Virus record (IMG/VR): IMGVR_UViG_3300032272_000005
Location: 23,333 to 87,332 of that record
From: a virus
Taxonomy: Duplodnaviria; Caudoviricetes
DNA: 64,000 nucleotides
Reading direction: 5' to 3' (one strand)
Made by a program: the position numbers and the translations under genes. Below, piece after piece: positions 46,712 to 56,668 of this stretch. Under the pieces are notes generated by a model. That model searched no databases. It saw only the letters and a list, made by a program, of their open reading frames with translations, and was not told the origin of the DNA. Position 1 is the first letter of the stretch; each line of letters begins with the position of its first letter.

Positions 46712-47269
46712 TTAAAGTTTCAGAGCAATTCTACATTTTTCTGCCCGTGCTGCATTGAATTCTGTAGCGCGTACCCCATACCCGTTTGCAGCTATACGGC
46801 GAGCATGTTGCCCATGCCCTGCAAACGGCTCAAATACTTTAGTTGGCTTGTGGTGTGCAAGGGTTTTGTCAAGAAAGCCCCAGCCCTGTAAGTTTGCTGC
46901 CCCAGACAGGTTCATATCCGTGTTGAAACACATTGTCGCATAGGGCTGTCCACTAAGCTGGGTGCCAATAACTGTACCAGCAAGAACAAAGCCATTCTCT
47001 TGCCCGATAGCCTCTACTCGCTCATAACCTTTCATGCCATATTCCACAAAACAGGGTTTCCCCTTGGGGGCCAGTTGGAATAATTTGTTCAGGATACCGT
47101 CAATAGTATTGCCCACACGTTCAACAGCGGTTTGCTTGTATCGGATTGTCTCAAACATCTTTACCAAGCCTTGTTCCCATGGGGGGTCAGTAAATGTAAG
47201 ATCACAGTCATTGGCCCACCCATCGGGTAAAGACATAATGTCTGCAACTTGGAGACTTACATTAGGCAT
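46712..47269 (-). CDS. Minimal amino-methyltransferase (beta-type motif order)
   Basis: TDPPW (motif IV) precedes FEPFAGHG (motif I). Confidence 0.7.
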   Translation of the reverse strand: MPNVSLQVADIMSLPDGWANDCDLTFTDPPWEQGLVKMFETIRYKQTAVERVGNTIDGILNKLFQLAPKGKPCFVEYGMKGYERVEAIGQENGFVLAGTVIGTQLSGQPYATMCFNTDMNLSGAANLQGWGFLDKTLAHHKPTKVFEPFAGHGQHARRIAANGYGVRATEFNAARAEKCRIALKL

Positions 47270-48101
47270 GTATTGTCTCCACGACATAGGCTTCCGAGAA
47301 TGGCACGCCCGTATGATTTGGGCGTAGCGGTGGATCGGTCAGGCCAAGTTGGTTGTAGATACGTGGGGTATATCCTGCCCGATAAAACATCAAGTGTGCT
47401 TTCCCGCCTGGATTTAGCATTCCTTGGATACGGTCAAGATGCTCATTCGGGATATAATTCGCCGCTGCGAAATAGGCAATGATCGTGTCAAACCCTTCAT
47501 CGTAGTAATGCTCGAATTTACTGCACCGAAGTGACATAGCAAATTCTGGGTGTTTCGTCATAAACACTTGCAACATTGCCATGCTAGGATCAATGCCAAC
47601 ATAGTCTTCTGGCTTGACACGGCCCCACTCGACCGCCATGCCCGTGCCACATCCAATATCAAGGACACGGCCCACAGGGGGGTATAATTTGACCAGTTGG
47701 GAGTTCTCTGCCAGATCAGCTTTAGTCGCATACTTCGCGTCGTACCCCCCCGCCAGTTGATCATACTCAGAATTGTAATTCGGCTTGTTGCGGTTGATGA
47801 TCGTGCTTATCTGTGCCCCGTGCCCCATTGTCCAGTAACGGTACCCATTCAGGTAAAGATAGGTGAGGGGCTTTCTATTTCCCCAAGGTTCCTTGACCCC
47901 ATGATCTTCAATAAATTGTGCGACCTGTGTAAACATATTAGTGTCACCCCAGTCTGCTCGTGCTGACCAATGGTGAGGCCACTTCGGCATAGACTTTGCG
48001 TAAGTCCATTTATTGCTTTCCAGCATTTTAGCCATTTCAGAATAATGTGCGGGGGTTACAGGCGGGTTCTGGTGCGCCATTCCACTTGGAAAAGGCCTCA
48101 T
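47262..48101 (-). CDS. Class I SAM-dependent methyltransferase with extra N-terminal domain
   Basis: VLDIGCGTG, GIDPS; N-terminal WTYAKSMPKWPH domain. Confidence 0.8.
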   Translation of the reverse strand: MRPFPSGMAHQNPPVTPAHYSEMAKMLESNKWTYAKSMPKWPHHWSARADWGDTNMFTQVAQFIEDHGVKEPWGNRKPLTYLYLNGYRYWTMGHGAQISTIINRNKPNYNSEYDQLAGGYDAKYATKADLAENSQLVKLYPPVGRVLDIGCGTGMAVEWGRVKPEDYVGIDPSMAMLQVFMTKHPEFAMSLRCSKFEHYYDEGFDTIIAYFAAANYIPNEHLDRIQGMLNPGGKAHLMFYRAGYTPRIYNQLGLTDPPLRPNHTGVPFSEAYVVETIHA

Positions 48102-48730
48102 AATTCCACCAAAAAGTCTTTGCTACAATGTGGGCAGACAACTTCGTATTCTTTGGCATCAATGGTGCTATCAATTTTAGCGTCCATTTGCTTTTGCTTT
48201 TTTTCAAGACCTTCGGCTGTGACAGGGGAAGTGTCCATCATAGGGGCAAGTGTAGGTTTGAATAACTCCACATCAAAATCAGACATATCTAGGAAGCCCA
48301 TGTCAAATTTCGCTGCATTCAGACGTTTGATCTGGTTGCTTAGAATATCAGTATCCCACGTTGATGTCTCGGACAGGCGGTTATCAGTAATCTGATATGC
48401 TTCCTTTTTCGCCTCTGACCAGCCAGTTGCCATAATGACAGGGGCTTTCTTGATACCCAACTGAACCGCCGCCAGATACCGAGCGTGCCCCGCAATAAGA
48501 ACATAATTTTCATCCACTAAAACGGGGATTGTCCAGCCAAATTCTGTCATGGACGCTGCGATCTGATCAATTTGTTCGGGTGAGTGTGCACGGCTGTTTT
48601 GATCGGCTTCTTTCAGTATGCCTAAATCAACCAGTTCGACTTGGTTTGCTGGATCGTTTTTCATGTGATTATTCCTGTTATTTAGAGAATGATTTGCATA
48701 TCCAGATAAGGGCTTGGGAGACGTTGCCAA
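48098..48730 (-). CDS. ParB/Srx N-terminal domain protein
   Basis: NSRAH...IAASMTEFGWTIP...IAGHARY. Confidence 0.85.
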   Translation of the reverse strand: MATSPKPLSGYANHSLNNRNNHMKNDPANQVELVDLGILKEADQNSRAHSPEQIDQIAASMTEFGWTIPVLVDENYVLIAGHARYLAAVQLGIKKAPVIMATGWSEAKKEAYQITDNRLSETSTWDTDILSNQIKRLNAAKFDMGFLDMSDFDVELFKPTLAPMMDTSPVTAEGLEKKQKQMDAKIDSTIDAKEYEVVCPHCSKDFLVEL

Positions 48731-49310
48731 GTTCTTCCTGCTCCATGATGCTTTTCAGAATGGCTTGAACCTCGTCACGGCGTTCAACGCCCATGTGAAA
48801 TGTAAGGCTGGTATAGTTTGGATCGGTGGCTGCACCTGCATCCGCGTCTTTGTTTTTTGGAAGCATGGGCTTGACCATTTTCTTGACTGCATCGTCACCC
48901 ATCGCCTGTTTAGTCATACGGGCAATCTCGCCACCATTGAAGCCCGTGAATTTCAAATCCAGCCCAGCCTTGGCTAAAATTTTGAATTCTGCATCCAGTT
49001 TCTTGACGTCCCATTCTGCCCAGTCAACCGATTTGTTGATAGCAATCCGTAGGGCCTTCTCTTGGGCGTCTGTGAGATCACCAACGTCAATTGCGGGTAC
49101 TGTCACAAGCCCCATTTCTTTGGCGGCTTTGATACGCAGGTGCCCATCTACAATGCGATCACCTTTAACCAAGATCGGAACTTGAAATCCGAACTGCTCG
49201 ATAAGGGCTACCATATCAGGCACGGCTGCGTCATTGTTGCGGGGATTGTTTTTGTACTCTTTGAGGGCAGCGACTTCCACGTTTGTGACTGTCATAGATT
49301 TATCTGTCAT
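48678..49310 (-). CDS. ParB/Srx N-terminal domain protein
   Basis: NPRNN, FGFQVP, VDGHLR; start refined to MTDKS. Confidence 0.85.
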   Translation of the reverse strand: MTDKSMTVTNVEVAALKEYKNNPRNNDAAVPDMVALIEQFGFQVPILVKGDRIVDGHLRIKAAKEMGLVTVPAIDVGDLTDAQEKALRIAINKSVDWAEWDVKKLDAEFKILAKAGLDLKFTGFNGGEIARMTKQAMGDDAVKKMVKPMLPKNKDADAGAATDPNYTSLTFHMGVERRDEVQAILKSIMEQEELGNVSQALIWICKSFSK

Positions 49311-49365
49311 TGTTGGCTTCTCCTGTATGTGGGCACTATGCACCCCTACTTATGGTTGGTCAACC

Positions 49366-49875
49366 TTAATTCTTTTTGTCAAAATACTCTACTACGAATT
49401 TATTGACAGCGGCAGTTACCTGATCATGCAGATACGTCGTGAGTTCTAGTATTACTTCGCCTTTAAATGCGTCCTTATCCGTCTCGTAGTTTTGCATTAC
49501 TTCGTATGAAATCGGAAAGGATACTATAGTCTCAGGATGCTTGTAATTTAGATTGTAATGTTGGTGCGCTATGTCTTTATCAAGTTCGATAATTGGCTTC
49601 GGGTCAAGATCATAGGGAAGCGGAATTGTCTTGGCTTGCAGCGTATGTTCTGTGAAGTTCATATCCTGTATTTTTTCTGCGAAGTTCTCAGCCGCATTTC
49701 CCATCTTATCACTGGCTTCTACCATATTCCCGAATACGTCTCCCAGTGTTGTCAGTTCTTTCTGGAATGCGACCATCCCCTTCTTCACCAGTTTGGATGG
49801 TTTGGGTTGAGGCCACATAGCTGGCTCATGGTCGCCGCCTTCAAAGTGCACATTACCTGATATTTGGATAGCCAT
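49366..49875 (-). CDS. Hypothetical protein
   Basis: TAATG overlap. Confidence 0.6.
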   Translation of the reverse strand: MAIQISGNVHFEGGDHEPAMWPQPKPSKLVKKGMVAFQKELTTLGDVFGNMVEASDKMGNAAENFAEKIQDMNFTEHTLQAKTIPLPYDLDPKPIIELDKDIAHQHYNLNYKHPETIVSFPISYEVMQNYETDKDAFKGEVILELTTYLHDQVTAAVNKFVVEYFDKKN

Positions 49876-50174
49876 TACCCATTCCGACTTGTGTAAGGTT
49901 TCTTGCGGTTACTGGGCGGTGCAAGCGGATGTCCATCGGGAACCATGATCGAAGCCCCTACCGCCCGTTGTGAGCGATATACGACACTCTCCAAGTTACC
50001 CCAAGCGGCGTGCAATTCCTGCCCGTTGTCAGTATCAAAATACAAGCCTTCTTCATACCCGCTGTCTTCGGAGTTGTAGACCCCAGAGAAATTCTTGCCG
50101 CTTGCAGTTGTGACAGTAATCGGTTGCCCGTCCGCCACTTCACTCAATACTTTCCAGATTTTATCGTCGTTCAT
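49875..50174 (-). CDS. Putative Sm/Hfq-like fold protein
   Basis: PITVTTASGKNFSG.....D (Sm1-like), HAAWGNLESV (Sm2-like). Confidence 0.45.
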   Translation of the reverse strand: MNDDKIWKVLSEVADGQPITVTTASGKNFSGVYNSEDSGYEEGLYFDTDNGQELHAAWGNLESVVYRSQRAVGASIMVPDGHPLAPPSNRKKPYTSRNG

Positions 50175-50231
50175 TTCAATCCCCAGTTATGTCAAACTGT
50201 GAGGGGCCAAGCGGCCCCCCAAGTGTTTTGA

Positions 50232-51488
50232 TTATGCGGCTTCGGTTGCTTCATTAAATTCAACCGCGATAGACACGTTAGGCCAGATTTCGTCGATCAC
50301 TTCCAAGATGCGGACACATCCGTTTTCACCTTCATCGGCTTGGATTTGTGCGAACATAATTCCCAAACCTTCGGGGGTCAGATCAGGCTTCACTTGTGCC
50401 ACCGTAGAATTGGTAGCGGGTGCACCTGTGTAAGAGGCCGCAATGATCTCAAGAGCCGCGCCAGAACTATCGGTATTGCCTTCGATTTTGGCTTTGTCGA
50501 TTGCTTGATTGATCAGTTCTTTCTGATCGTCGTAGATGTTGAAAACCTTCTGAGTTGGTTTCGGTTTTTCTTCACCCGTTTCTGTTGTTTCAGGTGCAGC
50601 AAGACCGCCAGCCAATTTAAGTTTTTCTTCATTCACTTTGGCAATCAGGGTTACGTGCTTCATTGATGATGCAGCGTCCAACCATTCTTTGTAGTTGGCG
50701 GCATTAATGATTGGCAGAATGTGGCGTAATCCAGACCATGAAACGCCCTTCAATTCAATCGCGGGAATGTTCAGTTCTTGGATCACTTCCGCGTTTTTGA
50801 TCAGGTACATTGCCTTGCGGTAATCCATACCAGTTTCGGCTTGTAGGAAGCCCCGCATGTTTTCATAACCCAAAGCCATGTAGTGTTCTGATTTCGAGAT
50901 ATGCCCCAACAGGACGCCTATGCGAATGTGTTGGAATTCCAAATCTTCTTCGACTGATTTCAAAGCGACTGTTGATTGTTCGGCGGTTAGTCCAGCCGCG
51001 TCTGATACAATTTGTTCAAATGCGCCTTCGACAAATGAACCGACAAACGGCGTCATTAAACCAGTGCCAGTTTCAATCGCGCTGTCTGCAATAGCGACGT
51101 CAATATGTTCGTCAGTTTCGTCTACGATTTCGGCTTCCTGAATAACGGGTTTTGCTTTTGCTTTAGCTTTGGCCTTGGCGGGTTCGGGTTCGCTCTCGCC
51201 AGATGGGGGGTCAAATACTTCTGTTTCTGCAACAGGGGCGGCGGCGTTTTCGTCTTCCCATTCTGCAAAGGTCTGGGGTGATCCCGTATTTGTGGAATAA
51301 AAAGCGACGAATGCTTCCCGCATTTCAGGGGATTGCCCAAGTGCTTCAATAAATACATCGCGTTTGGCAGGTGCACGGAACGTAGACCAATCATCTATCT
51401 CTATGATTTTATCAACCGTCCCAAGGAATTCGGATAAGGCTTTGACCGTCAAATCTTTGACAGCGTCAGTATAAATGGCAGTTTTCAT
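50232..51488 (-). CDS. Large acidic protein with probable helical DNA-binding region
   Basis: RIGVLL...GY.NM..FL..E.GM.Y.KA..LI segment resembles ParB/DUF3102-type HTH; promoter at 51549-51554. Confidence 0.6.
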   Translation of the reverse strand: MKTAIYTDAVKDLTVKALSEFLGTVDKIIEIDDWSTFRAPAKRDVFIEALGQSPEMREAFVAFYSTNTGSPQTFAEWEDENAAAPVAETEVFDPPSGESEPEPAKAKAKAKAKPVIQEAEIVDETDEHIDVAIADSAIETGTGLMTPFVGSFVEGAFEQIVSDAAGLTAEQSTVALKSVEEDLEFQHIRIGVLLGHISKSEHYMALGYENMRGFLQAETGMDYRKAMYLIKNAEVIQELNIPAIELKGVSWSGLRHILPIINAANYKEWLDAASSMKHVTLIAKVNEEKLKLAGGLAAPETTETGEEKPKPTQKVFNIYDDQKELINQAIDKAKIEGNTDSSGAALEIIAASYTGAPATNSTVAQVKPDLTPEGLGIMFAQIQADEGENGCVRILEVIDEIWPNVSIAVEFNEATEAA

Positions 51489-51576
51489 TGTGTTCTCCAA
51501 AAGAGTTAAAATTGATGGTGCGCTATGTATACGCCCCTGATTTTAGTTTGTCAACACCTTTGTGAACTTGAGATCA

Positions 51577-52074
51577 CTAGATGCATTTCTTAAACCCATA
51601 TAACCAGAAGCACAGAAGTGCTGCCTCTGCTATCCCAGTATTTTTCTTGAGTTTAAAAACATGCGCCATACTAGGCATCAAGTCAATTGCTTTTTCCCTA
51701 GTTTGATCTTTGTCGGAAGTCACTCCCATCTGTTTCTTCCATGATGAAGGCCATGCTGGATGAACCCGCTCAAAGTTAATCTCACATAGGGCCAGAAGCC
51801 CCCCTGACGTCTGGTGTGTCGTTCCAACGCCCCCTTGCATGGTTGCACCTGCTTTGCCGAACTGAGGCTTTACAATGGCTTTTTCGACTGCAATCGTTTT
51901 GCATCCTGACTTGGCGAATGTTTGCAGGATAGTGTGGACTGCCCGATTATCTAACCGACGCCCTTTGTCCATTTTGATGCTCGGCATGGATCGGCAATCA
52001 AGCACTTTCTTTTCTGGGAACTGTATGCAGACCAAGCCCCCTGATAAATCTGCATCTATGCCAGCCAATATCAT
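51577..52074 (-). CDS. RuvC-like Holliday junction resolvase
   Basis: GIDADLSGG, AVE, WKK, AEAAL. Confidence 0.85.
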   Translation of the reverse strand: MILAGIDADLSGGLVCIQFPEKKVLDCRSMPSIKMDKGRRLDNRAVHTILQTFAKSGCKTIAVEKAIVKPQFGKAGATMQGGVGTTHQTSGGLLALCEINFERVHPAWPSSWKKQMGVTSDKDQTREKAIDLMPSMAHVFKLKKNTGIAEAALLCFWLYGFKKCI

Positions 52075-53018
52075 TTAAAACAGACCTTACATGCAGCACA
52101 ATTTTTGGCTTTGGTTTCTAGAGCGTTTTTGCAGATGCGTGCTGGCATGGGTGCTTGTGGGCCTATCTTGTCAAAACCATTCCGCCACATGCGGTAGGAT
52201 TTCGCCTTCGCCAGTGCGTTCTCCAGCATGGTATCATCCCTTTTGACAAAGTATTCTTTCATCGGAGATTTCTTCCAATCGGATAGCTTCCATTTGCTGA
52301 TCAACGGGTCGGCTGCGTGTCCTTCTTTGCACAGGTAGATCACCCGCCCATCAACACTGTTTACTTTATGGGGGGGCAGGTCTTTGGTCTTTGACGCCAG
52401 ATATAGATACATCTTGGTTCGCCATTCGTGATCAAAGGTAGATTTGGATCGGGGTTTGAATGTGAGATTGCCTTCCGTCTTGGCTTCGATGGGTGTCACT
52501 TTGCCATTGCCCAACAAGTCCGCCATGATGTCCACTGACCCAATGATCCCAAGTTCATCGTCTCGTAGCAAAACTTCGCAATATCTTATTACCCGTTTAT
52601 GTGCGCCACAGGACACGCAGGATTGTGGTTTGTAGGTATGCTTGGTGAAGTGATCACAGGCCCTACAATGCCAGTTTCCCCAAAGCATTTTTTCTGGCAT
52701 ACGACGCATTAGAATATCTGCCCCAGCATAACCAAAGTCATATGTAATCCGCGTAGCCGTGGCTAGGAAGTCTGTCTCCCGCTTGATGTTATATTTGGTC
52801 AGCAATGCGGGTTCCCTTGGGCACCAGTTACGAGCGGGGTCGAGATCGCTTGCATGAACCTGATCGTGAGGCCGCGCATTTCGTGGTTCCGCTGTGTTCT
52901 TGTGGATGTGGTATTTCAGATAGTTCTGCGCGAAGTCAGTGTACTTCATTAATTCTTGCGGCGGTGTTTCTTCCATCGCATTCAGTAACGCAGGATTTTT
53001 AGTCTTGAACTTGATCAT
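52071..53018 (-). CDS. Cas4/RecB-like PD-(D/E)XK exonuclease with Cys clusters
   Basis: HAS...CPR, GSVD, IEAKT, YLY, C-terminal CxxC. Confidence 0.8.
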   Translation of the reverse strand: MIKFKTKNPALLNAMEETPPQELMKYTDFAQNYLKYHIHKNTAEPRNARPHDQVHASDLDPARNWCPREPALLTKYNIKRETDFLATATRITYDFGYAGADILMRRMPEKMLWGNWHCRACDHFTKHTYKPQSCVSCGAHKRVIRYCEVLLRDDELGIIGSVDIMADLLGNGKVTPIEAKTEGNLTFKPRSKSTFDHEWRTKMYLYLASKTKDLPPHKVNSVDGRVIYLCKEGHAADPLISKWKLSDWKKSPMKEYFVKRDDTMLENALAKAKSYRMWRNGFDKIGPQAPMPARICKNALETKAKNCAACKVCFK

Positions 53019-53352
53019 CGGTTAGTCTTTCAAAATCTTCTAGGGCCATGACTGCATATTGGCGTCCGTCGCCCAGTTCCACTATTAGCACGGGTCGTTT
53101 CCCGTTTGTCAAACAATCGTTCCGCAGCTTGCCAAGTATTTCAGATGTGACGCTGAATGAGGCATGAATGGTTTTCTTCATTTCTACCATCCATTTGCCA
53201 CGACGCAGATCACCTTTCCTTGACGATGAGCCTGAACCCGCTACGCTCTCATATCCGCCCCGTCCTTTGATACCAGCCTCGGCTTTGTCGCCAGCTTTGC
53301 GCGGGTTGAACTTCTTAGGATTGGGCCTATTTAGCTTCAACGGGTTCACCAT
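52999..53352 (-). CDS. Hjc-type PD-(D/E)XK Holliday junction resolvase
   Basis: GSG....GD....VEMK. Confidence 0.75.
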   Translation of the reverse strand: MVNPLKLNRPNPKKFNPRKAGDKAEAGIKGRGGYESVAGSGSSSRKGDLRRGKWMVEMKKTIHASFSVTSEILGKLRNDCLTNGKRPVLIVELGDGRQYAVMALEDFERLTDDQVQD

Positions 53353-54355
53353 CTTTGTAGAGCAACAGTAAATCCTCGACCAGCATTTCCAGTGTCTTGT
53401 CATAGTCATTCAAAGCGGCTGTAATCGCGGCCTTCTTTGTCGGGAATATTTCCCCGTACAGTGCCCACTCTTTGCCAGCTTTTTCCAGATACCCCAACTC
53501 ATCTAGGATGTTTGTCAGGTGAAGGGCATTATTCACTTCCAAGGGTTTGTGATCCCCATAGGGGTATAGTATTGTTTGCCATTCAGCCGTTTGCCTAATG
53601 CACGGGAATTTTTTCTTTGTGATTTTCATTGAGTTTTCAGAGTAGATCGCCACGGCTGCGAGTTTCTCTTTCAGGATATCTTTCTTTACCAATCTCAATT
53701 TCAGAAATGCTTGGTAGTTTTGAAGGCTTGGGCCTGGAAGTATCTCTGGATTTCCATAACCCCCAATACGGTTCCGCACCTGATTGACATAGATTACGGT
53801 TAGCTGTTCACCGTTCTTGGAATGCTCTGCCATCCCCGCCCCGATTTTCTTGCACATGGTTGTAAGGGGTTTGGCTGCACCAGCTATGACGACTTCATGG
53901 CTTTGCTTTTCAACTTGGGCGATTGAGGCCAACGCCGCTAAACTATCCACTACGAGAAGTCCCGCGTCTTTACTGAATGCAACTTCGTCAGCTATGTCTG
54001 CCGCTTCCTCTGCTGTAGTCGGTTTGAACAGGAATATCTCATCACAGTTTATTCCATGCAAAGTTGCCCATTGCTCATCCCAAGCATTCTCTCCGTCGAT
54101 AAAAGCAATCTTCTTTTTTGGAAAACGTCGCTGATACTGCGCCATAGTCCGCAAGGTTAGTGAGGTTTTGCCGCTTCCCTCTGGCCCATAGAATATCGAA
54201 ACAGCATTCATAGGAATACCGCCTCCCAATGCCAGATCAAGTGTTATGATCCCCGTTGGAAGGCGGTCAAATTGCGCGAAACGGGCACCTTTACCACCAA
54301 GGGTTTCCCCATGTGTTTTGTGTAGGGCCTTGATGCCCGTGTTCAATAGTTGCAA
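53327..54355 (-). CDS. recA: RecA/UvsX recombinase
   Basis: LDLALGGG, GPEGSGKT, IDGE, VVDSL, NQVR. Confidence 0.93.
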   Translation of the reverse strand: MQLLNTGIKALHKTHGETLGGKGARFAQFDRLPTGIITLDLALGGGIPMNAVSIFYGPEGSGKTSLTLRTMAQYQRRFPKKKIAFIDGENAWDEQWATLHGINCDEIFLFKPTTAEEAADIADEVAFSKDAGLLVVDSLAALASIAQVEKQSHEVVIAGAAKPLTTMCKKIGAGMAEHSKNGEQLTVIYVNQVRNRIGGYGNPEILPGPSLQNYQAFLKLRLVKKDILKEKLAAVAIYSENSMKITKKKFPCIRQTAEWQTILYPYGDHKPLEVNNALHLTNILDELGYLEKAGKEWALYGEIFPTKKAAITAALNDYDKTLEMLVEDLLLLYKDGEPVEAK

Positions 54356-54751
54356 TTACTGTTCCAATGCTTCGCCAGTTGCAGGATCGGTTGCGGCAGA
54401 TTGTTCTGCAACCAAGTCATTGATCTTGTTTTCGACCCAATCCTTGTTTTCCTGATACGTTGCATCAGGGTCTTCGGTGGGGCTTGACCGTTCCACATGA
54501 AACTCGACCATAGTGAAACTTGCAACAGGCATTTTAAATGACATGCCGATTGTAATGATTTCATAGTCAGGCACTTTCATAATCACGTCTGAACTGGTGT
54601 GTTCATGTGACATGGTTTTAGGTGGCACGGTTTCATCTTGACTTGTCTCAGTCACATGCACCGTAGTGTTTTCTTCTGCCACGATTTCGGCAGCAGCGGT
54701 AGCGTGCCCAGATTGCTCTAGGGCAGCTTTGTTTAAAATTTTAATCGCCAT
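54356..54751 (-). CDS. Hypothetical protein
   Basis: Start refined to MAIKIL. Confidence 0.65.
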   Translation of the reverse strand: MAIKILNKAALEQSGHATAAAEIVAEENTTVHVTETSQDETVPPKTMSHEHTSSDVIMKVPDYEIITIGMSFKMPVASFTMVEFHVERSSPTEDPDATYQENKDWVENKINDLVAEQSAATDPATGEALEQ

Positions 54752-54752
54752 T

Positions 54753-55208
54753 TTAGTTTTCCCAAGTGTTGTGAATAGTTTCAATTATTGTAGCCAATTC
54801 TTGACGAGCCACTTCGCCTTCTTCACCCATTTTCTTTATGGTATGAGTATTCAGTTTCAGAAACGCTACGAGTTTCTTGATCAGTGAGATTTGATGCGGG
54901 GTGTAATACCGCTTTGGAACTGTCACGAATGCCATAGGGATATAATCCCGTTTCTGGTAGTATTTCATCCGCTCGGTGGTAATACCAAGTTTATCGCAAA
55001 CGTCACCAATGGGTACTCCAACATAAGATTTGCCATTGTGTTCCATCATAAAGGGTTCGCGTTTTTTGGCAGCGCGTTTCTTTTCACGGTTCATTTGTGC
55101 CCGTGCTTTGATTTGTTCACGATAAACTGGGTCGGTTGCGTAACGGTTTTTCCGTTTGGCAAGTAGCTTCTTTTTGTTCTTTTCCCAGTATTCTTTTGTA
55201 TGGCCCAT
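54753..55208 (-). CDS. MerR-like HTH protein
   Basis: IGDVCDKLGITTERMKYYQKRDYIP; promoter at 55257-55262. Confidence 0.7.
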   Translation of the reverse strand: MGHTKEYWEKNKKKLLAKRKNRYATDPVYREQIKARAQMNREKKRAAKKREPFMMEHNGKSYVGVPIGDVCDKLGITTERMKYYQKRDYIPMAFVTVPKRYYTPHQISLIKKLVAFLKLNTHTIKKMGEEGEVARQELATIIETIHNTWEN

Positions 55209-55258
55209 AGGGGTATCCTGTGTTTGAAAACTTAATATAACACCCTGTAATTGGTTTG

Positions 55259-56668
55259 TCAACTGAATGGGCCTTTCCAGATTGCACCATTCTTCATCAT
55301 GATCTGCCAGCGTTTCTTTGCGATATGCGCCAATGTCGGACAAAGATTATCCCAGACGTCCAAGACAATCGGTATCTGTTTTCCAACCAGCTTTCGAAGT
55401 ATTCGGCCCACGGGTTGCCTTACATCCAGCCTTGGGAATGCCAAGACACAGGTGTCGAGTGCTGGTATGTTTACGCCCATTGCACAGTATTTGTAGGTAG
55501 CAATCAGAACCACGCCAGCGGGACATGCCTTGGCCCGTGCCTCATCAAATTTAGATATGCTACCATTGTACTCAATGATTAAGTTCTTTGGCACGCCAGA
55601 TGCAATCAGGGCTTTCCTGATCCGCTCTCCGTGCTTGATCTGTGATATGAACACGATTGTACGCCTAGCGGCCTTGTGCGCTCTTAAAACGGCGTTAGCT
55701 ATTGCGGCGTTTCTGATCGGGTCTGCCATTAAGGATCGGGTTGCTTGGTTTGTTCTGGACGGGTCGAACAGGATTGGCTTTCCGTCCTGTCTCCGTGGTT
55801 CCGTCCATGTGCTATCAATCACATAGTATCGTGGGTCTTCCGCGTCGGTGTATCCTACAACGTGTCTCCATCCTACATGGCTGTGTATCAGGTTCATCTT
55901 TCCGTCACGTCTATCTGTCGTGGCAGATAATCCCAGTCTGAACATGGCAGGGAATTTTCTGATTGCACGGCTGAATTCCAGTGACCCCAACATATGCACT
56001 TCATCAAAGATTACACAGGCAAATCTATCATAGACTTCTGGAGGGTATATCCCGTCTCGGTACACGGATTGTAGCATGGCAATAACTACCTTGGCCTTTG
56101 GATCGGGTAAACCTTGGCCCTGCCATATTCCTATATCATCTTCGGTCAGGGTGGTGTGCTTTAGTAATTCTGGTTTCCAGTCCAGATTACCTTGCGGAAT
56201 GATCACGCATGTGGGTCTGCCAATCTCACATATGAGTTTACACCCAACTGTCGTTTTACCAAAGCCTGTAGGGGCTTCACCAATGCAGCCTTGGTTTTCC
56301 TCAAGTTCTTTGAATACACCTTCCACGAAAGGTTCCTGTTCAGGTCGTAGGTCAGATGTAAACTGTGCCTCGAATTCGAACCCGCCTGTAGCGCGGTTGT
56401 CGTTTTGAGATATAGGGGCCAGTGTTCTTGAAACGCCTACAATATTTGGATTGTCGGGGTGATCATAAAATAGTGGAACGATCTCACCGCCCCGTGCTTC
56501 AAAAAACATCTTTTGGACAGTCGGGTCGGCTCGATCATACCATGATAGCGCGTCAGTGAACTTGGGTTCACCAGTCATAATAGGGAAGTTTTTAGGTATC
56601 ATGTTGTTTCCAGAGTGATGGGGTGTAAAACCCCCCAAGGCTTCCATGAGACTGGGGGTCTCAAACAA
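55259..56668 (-). CDS. SF2 DExH helicase (UvsW-like)
   Basis: APTGFGKT, DEVH, SAT, QPVGRILR. Confidence 0.92.
   Translation of the reverse strand: MFETPSLMEALGGFTPHHSGNNMIPKNFPIMTGEPKFTDALSWYDRADPTVQKMFFEARGGEIVPLFYDHPDNPNIVGVSRTLAPISQNDNRATGGFEFEAQFTSDLRPEQEPFVEGVFKELEENQGCIGEAPTGFGKTTVGCKLICEIGRPTCVIIPQGNLDWKPELLKHTTLTEDDIGIWQGQGLPDPKAKVVIAMLQSVYRDGIYPPEVYDRFACVIFDEVHMLGSLEFSRAIRKFPAMFRLGLSATTDRRDGKMNLIHSHVGWRHVVGYTDAEDPRYYVIDSTWTEPRRQDGKPILFDPSRTNQATRSLMADPIRNAAIANAVLRAHKAARRTIVFISQIKHGERIRKALIASGVPKNLIIEYNGSISKFDEARAKACPAGVVLIATYKYCAMGVNIPALDTCVLAFPRLDVRQPVGRILRKLVGKQIPIVLDVWDNLCPTLAHIAKKRWQIMMKNGAIWKGPFS

Noticed and set aside
52071-53018. CRISPR-Cas system
   Set aside because: The Cas4-like nuclease sits in a recombination operon; no repeat-spacer array or other cas genes seen.
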